DNA from: Nitrospirota bacterium | GTDB lineage: Bacteria > Nitrospirota > Thermodesulfovibrionia > UBA6902 | Direction of reading: 5' to 3' | Length of the DNA: 64,000 nucleotides | NCBI GenBank assembly: GCA_016213935.1 | Contig: JACQZG010000009.1 | Coordinates: 647-64,646, forward strand | Shown: in pieces, positions 37,398 through 47,537 of the stretch | How the letters are laid out: every line of letters begins with the position of its first letter | Numbering within the stretch: the stretch's first letter is position 1 | The notes under the pieces: model-generated | Told to the model about the DNA's origin: nothing | What the model saw: only the letters and a program-made list of their open reading frames with translations | Databases searched by the model: none | Program-made: the position numbers and the translations under genes

Positions 37398-38609
37398 ATG
37401 ATTAAAATAATCATAAAAGAAATGGCAAGAATAAATAATACCAATAGGTATGTTTTAATATTTATTGCAGCCTTGGCTTTAGTTGCTTCTTCAGTAAATG
37501 CAAATATTACAGGCGTATGTTCAAACTGCCATACAATGCATAATAGTCAGGACGGAGCAGCTGTTGTTGGGTCAGGCCCAAACGATGTTCTTTTAACTTC
37601 AGATTGTCTTGGTTGTCACGGCCAGGGCGGCAGCCAGAAGATAATCAGTATCGGGGGAAGTGAGATTCCCCAAGTATTGCATTCTGACGGCACAGGCGAC
37701 CTTGCAGGAGGAAACTTTAATTATATCGGCACACTCGGCGACAATAGAGGCCATAACATCGTTGATCTCGTTAATGGAGATGATGTGTTAGATATACCGC
37801 CCGGGGCTGAATATGGCGAGCATGCCAATCCCGCAAAGATGGTCACTGATTCCGTGCTTACATGCGCAGGCTCTAACGGTTGCCACGGGTTTAGGGCGAT
37901 TGGAGGGAGTTCGAATCTTCAGGCATTAAAAGGGGCGCACCATAAGAATATTACAACTGATTCCACAAGCGGATTTGATGACGATTACAACAGCTATAGA
38001 TTTCTCAGGAAAGTGAAGGGGCATGAGAATGACGGGCAGGTAAATTCCTCAACAAAATGGCAGAATGCCGATGCCAATAACCATAATGAATATTTCGGCG
38101 CTACGTCTCCTCTTGAGTTTGACGCAAACTGCGCAAAGTGCCATTCAAATGCGCCGTCAGCCAACATTGTTCCCCCGCAAAATACTATGAGCGGCTTCTG
38201 CGGCACATGCCATATGAATTTTCATCTCTTAACAGGAACAGAAACCTCTGATATGGGCATAGGAGATTCAACTGTATCTCCATTCAGGAGGCACCCGACT
38301 GATGTTGTGTTGCCTGGGGCAGGTACAGAATATAATAACTATACATCGTACAGTGTGGAGGCTCCTGTAGCGAGGGGCGTGGTTCCTGACAGTATGAGCA
38401 ATGTCGTAACACCCGATAACAGCGGCGTACAGGGTGCGATTGTAATGTGCCTTTCCTGCCATAAGGCGCACGCATCTCAATATCCCGATATGCTGAGGTG
38501 GGATTATGACGGTATGGTTGTCGGCACAACCGGGGCTTCAGCCTTTTTTTCCATTGTCGATAGAAACCGCAGGTATTTATTGCATCTCAGCTTATTTATT
38601 GAAGAATAA
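37398..38609 (+). CDS. OmcS-like hexaheme c-type cytochrome, paralog 2
   Basis: Signal peptide ([27 protein letters not shown]). [26 protein letters not shown]-x5-CH (CAGSNGCH), [14 protein letters not shown] and [23 protein letters not shown]. The start is ambiguous (ATG at 37398 or 37422). Confidence 0.7.
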   Translation: MIKIIIKEMARINNTNRYVLIFIAALALVASSVNANITGVCSNCHTMHNSQDGAAVVGSGPNDVLLTSDCLGCHGQGGSQKIISIGGSEIPQVLHSDGTGDLAGGNFNYIGTLGDNRGHNIVDLVNGDDVLDIPPGAEYGEHANPAKMVTDSVLTCAGSNGCHGFRAIGGSSNLQALKGAHHKNITTDSTSGFDDDYNSYRFLRKVKGHENDGQVNSSTKWQNADANNHNEYFGATSPLEFDANCAKCHSNAPSANIVPPQNTMSGFCGTCHMNFHLLTGTETSDMGIGDSTVSPFRRHPTDVVLPGAGTEYNNYTSYSVEAPVARGVVPDSMSNVVTPDNSGVQGAIVMCLSCHKAHASQYPDMLRWDYDGMVVGTTGASAFFSIVDRNRRYLLHLSLFIEE

Positions 38610-38647
38610 TTGACTCATTATTTTTTTTTTAATATTATTAGTAAGTT

Positions 38648-39628
38648 ATGCGTTCAATAAGACTTCAAACAAGAAAGATAATGACATTGATTAAACATGT
38701 TTTAAATCCATCTGTCATTATTGTTTTATTTGTTTTATTTGGAACAGTCAGACCTGTTTCATTAAATGCCCAGGGGCCTCTTGTCAGGTATTATATGGCA
38801 TTAGAGTATGACGAAAATGATGAGAGACTTGTCAGGCCCTCTTTTGCGCAGTATGAAAATGTAATGAATGAAATTTATGTAATTGATGCCAGGCAAAGGG
38901 TGCTGATATATACTTCTGACCTTTTTCCGGTTCTTTCACTCGGCAAGAGCCGTAAGATACTGAATCCCGAAGGTTTGACAGTTGATTCTAACGGCAATCT
39001 TTATGTTGTTCAGACAGCCACGCCTGAAGATTTGAGAAACAGGGTTTCCGTTTACAATGCCTGCCTCAAATGGGAGCGTGATATCTTTTTTGAGGGCTTT
39101 GAAGGCGCTGATAAATTTGTGCCGTATCGCCTTGCAAAAGATTCAAAGGGCAATCTTTTTGTTGCAGGAATACGCTTCCCGGGAGTTCTGATATTTGATG
39201 CTGATTATAACTTGGTAGAAATAATATCTCCGCAGGAAAATGATAGGAAGGCGTTGATTATGAATGTCCATATTGATGACACGGGCCGGATATATCTTGT
39301 AAGCGAGGAAGAAGGGCATATTTATGTTTATGATGAAAATCGAAAGTTCATCTATCAGTTTGGGGAAAAAGGCGGCAGTTCCGGCAAGTTGAGCAGGCCG
39401 CGTGCCGTGGCAGTTGATAATAACAGGGGATGGCTTTATGTCGTTGATTATATGAGACACACGGTCAATACATATGACCGCAACGGCATGATGTTATTCG
39501 AGTTTGGCGGAATGGGATGGGGAGAAGGCTGGTTCAGGTTCCCTACAGACATTAGCGTTAATAAGGAAGGCGATGTGATGGTTACAGACCTTTTTAACCA
39601 GAGAGTACAGATCTTTAAGCCTTACTGA
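38648..39628 (+). CDS. Secreted NHL-repeat beta-propeller protein
   Basis: Signal peptide and repeated NHL-like units (SNGNLYVVQ..., RPRAVAVDNNRGWLYVVDYMRHTVNTYDRNG, VMVTDLFNQRVQIFKP). Confidence 0.8.
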   Translation: MRSIRLQTRKIMTLIKHVLNPSVIIVLFVLFGTVRPVSLNAQGPLVRYYMALEYDENDERLVRPSFAQYENVMNEIYVIDARQRVLIYTSDLFPVLSLGKSRKILNPEGLTVDSNGNLYVVQTATPEDLRNRVSVYNACLKWERDIFFEGFEGADKFVPYRLAKDSKGNLFVAGIRFPGVLIFDADYNLVEIISPQENDRKALIMNVHIDDTGRIYLVSEEEGHIYVYDENRKFIYQFGEKGGSSGKLSRPRAVAVDNNRGWLYVVDYMRHTVNTYDRNGMMLFEFGGMGWGEGWFRFPTDISVNKEGDVMVTDLFNQRVQIFKPY

Positions 39629-39642
39629 CGGTTGAAAATTTC

Positions 39643-41244
39643 ATGTCAATATTATTTTGCAATTTGAGGCGGTTTTTCAGAAATAAAAATTTGGTGTTGT
39701 GTATTATTATTTTTATATACGGCTGCTCCATCGTTTTAAATGATAATAGTGTAACTGAAGACCAGAAGCCTCCCGATTACAACAGCCAGATAACGCTTTA
39801 TTTTAATGGCCATGAGAAGACATCTCTTGATTTGGAATTTCTTTTAACCGGGGTTGACATGGTTTTTGTTGATGGAACATCAATAGGGATTCTTAAAGGG
39901 CCTGTAACATTGAGGTCATCTGAAGTTAAGGGCAGGCAGGTGCGCCTTGGCGAGATATATGTCCCTGAAGGCGAATGCAAAGAAGTCCGTTTGCATATCA
40001 CTAAAGCATCGATAATAACCCCTGACGGCACTGCATCACTTTCAATTTCTTCAGATACGGTATCCATGCCTTTTAATCTTGTCATTAAAAGGAGGCAAAA
40101 TTCCACGCTATTTTTAAATTGGAACCCTGACGGGTCTGTGACAGATAACTATCTTTTTACCCCTTTGTTCTATTTGGGAAAAGAGGCCCCAGACCTTATT
40201 GGTCAGCTTCTGTATGTTACCAATGAAGATTCTAATAATGTGTCGGTCATAAACCGGTATTACGGCAAGGTCGTCGGAACCGTGCTCGTAGGCAAAAGGC
40301 CGAGGGGTATTGCCGCTGGATTGAAGGAAGACCGGTTAAGGGTATATGTTGCAAATTCAGGTTCAAACAGCGTATCGGTAATTGATCCCAATACAAATAC
40401 AGTAGAACATGAAATCCCTTTAAGATTCGGTAGGGAACCGGTCGCGATTGCTGTTGCGAAAGGGCCTTTTGGGAGAGAACTCGTTTTCGTGGCTAATTAT
40501 GCTTCCGGCTCGGTATCTGTGATAGACCCTTTATCTTTTCAGGAGCTTGAGAGAGTCGGGGTCGGAAACGGGCCTGTGGCTGTAGCCGCGGATCCTCCCG
40601 TCGAATTTTATTCTGGTTCCGCATCTCTCAGCATTGAAGAGGTTAACTTAATAAAAGATTATAGAGGCAAATTTGTTAATGTCTATGTTGCCAATAAAGA
40701 GTCAAACAGCGTATCAGTAATTCGAATGGACATGCTTAATAACAGGGTGGAAGATGTTCAGAATGTCGCTGTTGAATGGAGCCCTGTCGCATTGTCCGTT
40801 GACTTCAAAAGAGGCAAAGTCTATGTCGCAAATTACGGCTCTGACAGGCTGTCTGTCATAGATATCGTATCGCTAATACGCGGGGATGGTTCTGCAGAAA
40901 TAAGCTCAATTGAAAATACCGGCCGTTACACAGTGGGAGTCGCAACCAATCCATTCATTGACAGGCTCTACCTGCTTAAATCCGTCTCGTCCGAAGTTTT
41001 ATTTTTAAACCCTTATTCTGATGCAGGAAATGATATATTTTCTGTATCAGGCTCTGTAATGGGTATTGCCGCAACAGGTCTTTCGCCGAGATCATTACAA
41101 TTTGACCTTCAATCCAGAAATCTCTTTGTGGTTAACAGCGGCTCCGACAGCGTTTCAATCATTGACGTCACTACCCGTAATGAAAAAAAGAGAATTTCCG
41201 TGGGGCGTAATCCTTACGGCGTAACAATGTTCTCGGTGAAATGA
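39643..41244 (+). CDS. YVTN-family beta-propeller repeat lipoprotein
   Basis: Lipobox (IFIYGC). Repeated ~40 aa units of the YVTN type (LYVTNEDSNNVSVINRYYGKV, VYVANSGSNSVSVIDPNTN, VFVANYASGSVSVIDPLSF, VYVANKESNSVSVI, LFVVNSGSDSVSIIDVTT). Confidence 0.75.
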   Translation: MSILFCNLRRFFRNKNLVLCIIIFIYGCSIVLNDNSVTEDQKPPDYNSQITLYFNGHEKTSLDLEFLLTGVDMVFVDGTSIGILKGPVTLRSSEVKGRQVRLGEIYVPEGECKEVRLHITKASIITPDGTASLSISSDTVSMPFNLVIKRRQNSTLFLNWNPDGSVTDNYLFTPLFYLGKEAPDLIGQLLYVTNEDSNNVSVINRYYGKVVGTVLVGKRPRGIAAGLKEDRLRVYVANSGSNSVSVIDPNTNTVEHEIPLRFGREPVAIAVAKGPFGRELVFVANYASGSVSVIDPLSFQELERVGVGNGPVAVAADPPVEFYSGSASLSIEEVNLIKDYRGKFVNVYVANKESNSVSVIRMDMLNNRVEDVQNVAVEWSPVALSVDFKRGKVYVANYGSDRLSVIDIVSLIRGDGSAEISSIENTGRYTVGVATNPFIDRLYLLKSVSSEVLFLNPYSDAGNDIFSVSGSVMGIAATGLSPRSLQFDLQSRNLFVVNSGSDSVSIIDVTTRNEKKRISVGRNPYGVTMFSVK

Positions 41245-41288
41245 GATTTTCCAAATAAACGGTTACTATTGTTAATCAGCAGGGAACA

Positions 41289-43529
41289 GTGAGTAATAGA
41301 CGTTTAATAAACGCTCTTCTTTTTTTGATTTTATTTATCGGCGGTTCCTCGGCAGTCTTCGCTGACCTGAACGGAAACGCAAGCATTGACTATACCTCGT
41401 TTCAGGAGGATAGGGGCGATGCCAGTATTACCCAAAACGATACTCAGAAGCGTCTAAATTTCTATTTCACTAAACCGATAACCTCCCTTCTTTCTTACCA
41501 GCTAACTTTGAGGGCTGAGATTTCCGATTCTGATTCCAGTGATTCACAGGGCGCTGATTATACCTCTCTTAAGGAAGTCTATGAACCCGGAATAGATTTT
41601 TCGCTTAAAAATGTTATGTACGAATTCGATTCGGGGTTTCATCACAGAGATGAGCTTTATTCTAATTCAGGACAGGCTTATGATAACAAAAGAATCACTG
41701 ATTTTTTCTACAGCCGGTTTGCTGTCAGCCCTCTTAATCTCCCCACTTTTTCCGCTGAACTTAGCAGGATTAAGGAAAGCGATAACATCATGCTCGACAG
41801 GCAAAACAGTATTTATTTTTTGAGGTCATCTTATGAACTGCCTTCTCCCGAGCTTGACTTCAGGGCAAATCTCAATTATTCACATGCAGAAGAAGAGAAC
41901 CCCGGGAAAATATTGTATAAAAACGTCAGCGATGCTTACTCCGGTGATTATCAGTTATCTGATTCACGCATTTTTTTGTCTGGGAAAATAATACTAAATG
42001 GAAGTTACAGGGGCAATTTCAGCAGTGCCGACAGCACGAGTTATTCCTCAGATACCGGATATGTCCTCTTTGAGCGCACCAAACTCGGCGGCCTCCACGC
42101 AAAAGGAACGGCGCTGAATCCTGACGTTGACAGTTTGCCTTCTGAAACAGCTCTTGCTGATGATAATTATATTCTTTCGACATCAATTAATCTCAGCATA
42201 TCAGGTTCTGACGAATATCATAATATAGGGATTTGGGTGCCTTCTGACGATTCTGTCGAGAAACTGTACATTTACGTTAACAAAGATGTAACAGGCGATT
42301 TTTCTTTAAAAAGCATCTCGAACTGGAAAGTCTATAAGAGCGATTTTAACCTGGCAGGCACATGGCTTCCGGTAACGATCAGCAGTGTTTCGGTTTCTCT
42401 ATTTGATCTTGCAAACACCATTTATCGTTACGAAATCGAATTTTCAGCTCCGCATAATGCGAGATATTTCAAAGCGGTTAACATGGATGTCTCCGATATT
42501 TCCAATGTTGCTGTCACAGAGATAGAGGCTTACGGGTCAGAACTCATTCCTGATTCCGGAATATTGACGAGCTCTTCTAACGCACTCGGCCAGAGGCTGG
42601 ATTTTTTATCGGTCTTTCAGCCATTAAGCAAATTCAGATTTAGTTTTAATTATTCGATTGATAAGTCTGACCAGAATCCGTCATCTGTTTTTAGCTCGAT
42701 CACATCTCTTTTTACAAGCATTTTTTCCAAATCAAGGAGCGAAGAAGATCAATCTGATTCCAGCAGCACAATCAATAAAGGCCTCGCACTTAATGCAAAC
42801 TGGTTAACTCATAAATTTCTCACGACCAATTTTCGTTTTCAGCGGAATGAATCATATGACAATGCCTTTAAGACTGATAGGGCGGCTACTACTTATGAAC
42901 TATCTTTTAATTCATCGCCGATTGAAACGCTTAACGCAAGTTTTAGTATGGTAAGAGGGGATAGTTATCAATTTGAAGTAAAAGAGTCGACATATGATTC
43001 GGCAATATTAAGCCTTGGCACCCGATTATACAGGGATTTGAATATGGTGACGGATATAGGATATTCACGGTCTGACTCCGTAAGCGGGGGAGATTCAACT
43101 TCAAGGTATATTTCAGGTAGCATTGATTCGGTTTTTACAGATAAATTGGAGGGTAGCTTGAGCTACAATATAAACTGGAAATCGTCTGGGGAATCAGAAG
43201 TTCAGTCAAAAAGCAGTTCGGCAAAGATAACCTATCGTCCAGGCAGATTTGTTAATTTATCCTGTGATTTTAATTATTCTTCTAATGACGCAGGTTCCGC
43301 CATGTCGGAAATAATAACTGCGGAATGGCGGCCTGTCCCCGTTTTGCAGTTGAATGCCAATTACCAGCACTCAAGTACAAGCTCAGCGAGTATTACAAAG
43401 GATGTTTTTTCGGGCAACGGCACATGGCATATTAAAAAGTTTTTACATGCGCAGCTTTCATTTTTATATGAGAAAGAAGGCGAAAGCACGGAACAGAATG
43501 TCAGTACCGGCATGAGATTATTGTTTTAA
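41289..43529 (+). CDS. Large Ser/Asp-rich secreted protein, predicted outer-membrane beta-barrel (porin-like)
   Basis: Signal peptide (ALLFLILFIGGSSAVFA). 746 aa with alternating polar/aromatic beta-strand-like segments and a C-terminal ...TGMRLLF (terminal Phe, typical of OM beta-barrels). Confidence 0.5.
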   Translation: MSNRRLINALLFLILFIGGSSAVFADLNGNASIDYTSFQEDRGDASITQNDTQKRLNFYFTKPITSLLSYQLTLRAEISDSDSSDSQGADYTSLKEVYEPGIDFSLKNVMYEFDSGFHHRDELYSNSGQAYDNKRITDFFYSRFAVSPLNLPTFSAELSRIKESDNIMLDRQNSIYFLRSSYELPSPELDFRANLNYSHAEEENPGKILYKNVSDAYSGDYQLSDSRIFLSGKIILNGSYRGNFSSADSTSYSSDTGYVLFERTKLGGLHAKGTALNPDVDSLPSETALADDNYILSTSINLSISGSDEYHNIGIWVPSDDSVEKLYIYVNKDVTGDFSLKSISNWKVYKSDFNLAGTWLPVTISSVSVSLFDLANTIYRYEIEFSAPHNARYFKAVNMDVSDISNVAVTEIEAYGSELIPDSGILTSSSNALGQRLDFLSVFQPLSKFRFSFNYSIDKSDQNPSSVFSSITSLFTSIFSKSRSEEDQSDSSSTINKGLALNANWLTHKFLTTNFRFQRNESYDNAFKTDRAATTYELSFNSSPIETLNASFSMVRGDSYQFEVKESTYDSAILSLGTRLYRDLNMVTDIGYSRSDSVSGGDSTSRYISGSIDSVFTDKLEGSLSYNINWKSSGESEVQSKSSSAKITYRPGRFVNLSCDFNYSSNDAGSAMSEIITAEWRPVPVLQLNANYQHSSTSSASITKDVFSGNGTWHIKKFLHAQLSFLYEKEGESTEQNVSTGMRLLF

Positions 43530-43534
43530 TAATA

Positions 43535-44164
43535 ATGCGCAATAATGAAGCTTTAAATAAAAATATCAATGGGTTATATTATTCTATGTTTAATTCGGCA
43601 ATCAGGCATGGTTCATTGATTTTTCGTTTTTCGTTTTTATTATTTTTTGTAACATACGGGTGCAGCGTTATGAGCGCGTATGTAAGGCCCGGATTTGATA
43701 AAGCTTCAGTGAAAAAAATAGCGGTTCTTCCTTTTGAAAATTATACCGAAGATAAATTTGCAGGCCAGAAGATGAGGGCTAAGGTTATGATCGAGCTTCT
43801 TAATTCCGGATTCGAGGTTGTGGAAGAGGGGGAGGTTACAAGGATATTGAAGGAGTTAAAAGTGTATCAGGTCGCATCAATAACCGTTTCAGACATTCAG
43901 GAACTTGGCAAGAGGCTCGGCATTGACGCGGTGGTTAAAGGTTCAACAGGGGAGATGGAAGATAAGAAAGGCGTAGCCTTAACATATCCTGAAGTATCCA
44001 TTAATTTAAGCATACTCGATGCAAAATCCGGAGATATTGTCTGGTCCGTGTCGCATAGTGCCGGCGGTCCGAGTTTCTGGACAAGGCATTTTGGAACAGA
44101 GGGGGATACCCTGGATAAGGCCGCTTATAAAGTTGTAAAAGAGTCTATTAATACATTAAAATAA
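43535..44164 (+). CDS. Small lipoprotein, paralog family member 1 (hypothetical)
   Basis: Lipobox (FVTYGC). KIAVLPFENYT ... GIDAVVKGS; similar to the next two genes. An alternative start is the ATG at 43586. Confidence 0.5.
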   Translation: MRNNEALNKNINGLYYSMFNSAIRHGSLIFRFSFLLFFVTYGCSVMSAYVRPGFDKASVKKIAVLPFENYTEDKFAGQKMRAKVMIELLNSGFEVVEEGEVTRILKELKVYQVASITVSDIQELGKRLGIDAVVKGSTGEMEDKKGVALTYPEVSINLSILDAKSGDIVWSVSHSAGGPSFWTRHFGTEGDTLDKAAYKVVKESINTLK

Positions 44165-44182
44165 ACACATTTATATAATATA

Positions 44183-44779
44183 ATGAACTTAATATTGAAG
44201 TTGAAATATAATACAATTTTTATTTATCTAATAATTGGCTGTTCGTTTTTTTTAAACGGATGCTTCGCCTCTCAACCGACATATCATATTAAGGAGGATG
44301 TTGATTTCAGTTATATAAAAAGGGTAGCTATATTGCCGTTGCAGAATTTTACCAGCGACAAAAACGCTTCTGATGCGGTTAGGCAGGTGCTTATCACAGA
44401 ATTTTTGTCTTCAGGGTTGGCCGATGTTGTTGTCCCGGGAGACGTTCTGGCTGCCCTTAATAATATAGGCGTTAGCTCTATTTCCTCTCCAAGTATTGAA
44501 GAAATAAGATCAATCGGAAAATTTCTGAAAGTACAAGCTGTCATTACGGGTTCTGTAGACAAATTAGCTGAGATCAGGAGCAGTAATGTTACTTCGGCCG
44601 AGGTTACTTTGACTTTAATGATGGTGGACACAGGAGCAGGCGATATTCTCTGGTCCGTAACGGCCACAAGCGGCGGGGCAGGCTTTATGTCAAGGCATTT
44701 TGGCGCTGATACCCCGACATTGAGTGAAACGATTTCAGATGTTGTAAAAAGGTCTATTCAGACATTGACAGGGAATTAA
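44183..44779 (+). CDS. Small lipoprotein, paralog family member 2 (hypothetical)
   Basis: Lipobox (LNGC). RVAILPLQNFTSD ... VQAVITGSV ... ILWSVT ... HFGADTPTL parallels member 1. Confidence 0.5.
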   Translation: MNLILKLKYNTIFIYLIIGCSFFLNGCFASQPTYHIKEDVDFSYIKRVAILPLQNFTSDKNASDAVRQVLITEFLSSGLADVVVPGDVLAALNNIGVSSISSPSIEEIRSIGKFLKVQAVITGSVDKLAEIRSSNVTSAEVTLTLMMVDTGAGDILWSVTATSGGAGFMSRHFGADTPTLSETISDVVKRSIQTLTGN

Positions 44780-44819
44780 TTTTTACTTGCTGTGTGTAAT
44801 ATAATGTGTGTAATATAAT

Positions 44820-45896
44820 ATGATGCCTAAATCAGACAGACTGACTTCTTTTTTTTCTTTAGTTAAATTTTCTTTACTGTTGCATAGTTTTTTGTTTTTC
44901 TTTTTGTTGTGCGACGGTATTGTCTTTGCCCAAGCAGTCACTGATATTAAGGAAGCCGATCAGAAAATAATCATATTTCCTTTTGATAATTATAGCGATA
45001 AGGTAGAAGCCGCTGACATTGTCATGCCTGTTCTCGTGGATAGTTTTATAAATAGAGGGTATAAAGTCATTGATGAAAAATTGCTTTATGACTTTTTATG
45101 TAAAGAGAAAGTAAGGGAAACAGGGTATATCTCAAGGGATCTTGCGAGAAAATTAAGAGATAAATTCGGGGTTGATTTTATTCTGGTTGGAGCGATTATC
45201 AGATTTGCTAATATTGACGTTCCTGATTTGGGTTTGACGGCAAGGCTTGTTGATGCTTCAAACGGCAACATCTTATGGGCTGATTATTCCTCAGCTGCTG
45301 GAGATGACTTTACAGCCGTATTAGGATTGGGGAATGTAAGGGAGATTGAAATGCTCGTTTCCATGGTGATCAATAATCTTTTGGCGTCATTCAGCTTAGA
45401 ACCTTTTGGCAAGCATGCCGAATCAGCTTACAAGATAGCGGTAATGCCTTTTCAGAATGATTCTGAAAATAAGGATGCCGGAATGATAGCCTCACAGTTT
45501 TTTATAGTTTCTTTGTTTAAAAGCAAAAGCTTTATCCCTGTTGAATACGGTGAAATTAAAACAAATATTTTTGATCTAAAGTTAAGGACAAAAGGTGAGC
45601 TGGATTATAGAAGTGTCAGCGAGTTAATGGAAAGGCTGAATGTTGATGGTTTTGTTATAGGCACAGTTGAACTATATTCCGAAGGGCAGAGGCTGCTTTC
45701 TCCCCCTGCGGCCGCAGTAACCGCAAGACTTCTGAATGCGCGTAACAGCAGGATGCTATGGTATAACAGGTACCAAATGACCGGTGATGATGATGTTATA
45801 ATTTATGATTGGCGCAGACTCAGGAGCGTTGATAAGGTTGCAAACAGGATAATTTCAAAACTTGTTAATGGGATGGGAGCTATTCAATGGCAGTAG
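44820..45896 (+). CDS. Secreted protein with two tandem copies of the same lipoprotein-family domain
   Basis: KIIIFPFDNYSD...ILWADYS and KIAVMPFQNDSEN...MLWYNRY are two repeats of the module seen in the two preceding genes. Confidence 0.5.
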   Translation: MMPKSDRLTSFFSLVKFSLLLHSFLFFFLLCDGIVFAQAVTDIKEADQKIIIFPFDNYSDKVEAADIVMPVLVDSFINRGYKVIDEKLLYDFLCKEKVRETGYISRDLARKLRDKFGVDFILVGAIIRFANIDVPDLGLTARLVDASNGNILWADYSSAAGDDFTAVLGLGNVREIEMLVSMVINNLLASFSLEPFGKHAESAYKIAVMPFQNDSENKDAGMIASQFFIVSLFKSKSFIPVEYGEIKTNIFDLKLRTKGELDYRSVSELMERLNVDGFVIGTVELYSEGQRLLSPPAAAVTARLLNARNSRMLWYNRYQMTGDDDVIIYDWRRLRSVDKVANRIISKLVNGMGAIQWQ

Positions 45897-47521
45897 AGCG
45901 CGGGATAAAATTTATTATTAATAGCCGATATCTGCAATATATTTTTGCTGGTATCTTATTGATTTTTATAACATATGGCTGCGCTTCAGTAAGACAGGCT
46001 CAGAGCGTATTGGCAATTGTTGACGGTGAATCCATAACAATTGATGACGTTAATTACGCGTTGGCAATTGAGCATAGAAGGGAGAATCTTTCAGCTACAG
46101 AAAAATTGGATATAAAAGGCTTCATTGATTCCATTATCGGCGACAAACTTATTATACAGGAGGCCCGCAGAATTGGTTTGGACCAGTACCTTGAGGTTAA
46201 AGACAAGCTGAAGGCATATATTCTCAGGGAATCTGTGGTGAAACTTCATGAGGATGAGATTGTTAAAAAAGTGAATGTTAGTGATGAGGAGATTCTTAAT
46301 TATTACAAAGACAATTACAAACGAATTACATATGATATTGTCGAATTAAACACAATGGAAGATGCGCTGAGCATATTAAACAGGCTTAACGAGGGCGAAG
46401 ATTTTAAGGAGATAGCTCTTACACTGCCTAATTATGAAGCAAAGGATAAAGAGAGGGTTTCAACCTTTGGTTCTTTTGATAAACTTTTTCAGGAAAAGAT
46501 TTCCGATCTGGGCACGGGTGAATTCAGCGACGTTATTGAGTTAAATAATAGTTTTTACATTATCAAGATACTTGGCAGGGAGGATGCTCCGCCTGAAAAG
46601 TTTTCAGAAGCAGCGAGCCATATTACCAAGATTATAAGAAACAAGAAGGAGGATGACAGGGGGAATGAATATCTCTCTGAACTGCGGGCTGCCTCTAACA
46701 TTGTAATTGATAATGAGATTCTCTCTTCCATTAAATTGCTGAAAGGAGAAGATGAGCGGGATAAGTGGGTTAATGACACCAGTCCTCTTGTTGTTTTGGA
46801 CGGAGAGATTTTCACTGTCAAGGATTTTATATTTGTTCTTCCTCCCGTTGTTAAAATTTCTAACGAAGTTTTGATAAAAAACTGGATTGACAGAAAGATT
46901 GTTGACAGAGAGGCTTTGTCAAGAAATTACAATCTTGATCCTGAACTAAGCCGTTACAGGGATCAGGTTTTTAAAAATGTTTACATTAAGGAATATGTTT
47001 TGCCAAATATAAATGTTTCCGAGGATCTCCTGAGGAATTATTATAACGAGCATTTAGATAATTATATGGAACCTCAACGTTACAGGATGCAGGTGATTAC
47101 TGCAGAGACAAAGGAGTCTGCTGAAGCGATTTACGACAGCCTTTTAAAAGGTGCTGATTTTGCATGGCTTGCGAAAATGAGGTCAACCGATGTTAAAACT
47201 GCCGAAAAAGGGGGGAATCTGGGCTGGCAGGCTATTTCGTTATTGCCTAAGCCGTTAATAGAGGTTATTGATTCCATTGAAGCTGAGGGAATAAGCCCGG
47301 TACTGTCAGTAGACTCAGTATATGCCATCTACAGGGTCCAGGAAAAGGCCGCTCCACTGGTTAAGGATTTTAATTCAGTAAGACAGGATGTTTACAGGTC
47401 ATATTTTGCAGAGCAGTTTAAAAAATCATATAATGAATATATAGAAAAATTAAAGTCAGACGCCGAGATAATTATCAATGAGAATGCAATCAAGTCATTT
47501 GCTGAAATGTTTAAACCGTAG
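45887..47521 (+). CDS. SurA/PpiC-type peptidyl-prolyl cis-trans isomerase lipoprotein (periplasmic chaperone-like)
   Basis: Lipobox (ITYGC), a SurA-N-like helical region and a C-terminal parvulin domain (LLKGADFAWLAKMRSTD...GGNLGW...). Confidence 0.65.
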   Translation: MAVERGIKFIINSRYLQYIFAGILLIFITYGCASVRQAQSVLAIVDGESITIDDVNYALAIEHRRENLSATEKLDIKGFIDSIIGDKLIIQEARRIGLDQYLEVKDKLKAYILRESVVKLHEDEIVKKVNVSDEEILNYYKDNYKRITYDIVELNTMEDALSILNRLNEGEDFKEIALTLPNYEAKDKERVSTFGSFDKLFQEKISDLGTGEFSDVIELNNSFYIIKILGREDAPPEKFSEAASHITKIIRNKKEDDRGNEYLSELRAASNIVIDNEILSSIKLLKGEDERDKWVNDTSPLVVLDGEIFTVKDFIFVLPPVVKISNEVLIKNWIDRKIVDREALSRNYNLDPELSRYRDQVFKNVYIKEYVLPNINVSEDLLRNYYNEHLDNYMEPQRYRMQVITAETKESAEAIYDSLLKGADFAWLAKMRSTDVKTAEKGGNLGWQAISLLPKPLIEVIDSIEAEGISPVLSVDSVYAIYRVQEKAAPLVKDFNSVRQDVYRSYFAEQFKKSYNEYIEKLKSDAEIIINENAIKSFAEMFKP

Positions 47522-47537
47522 GTCAACAGCTTATCGT

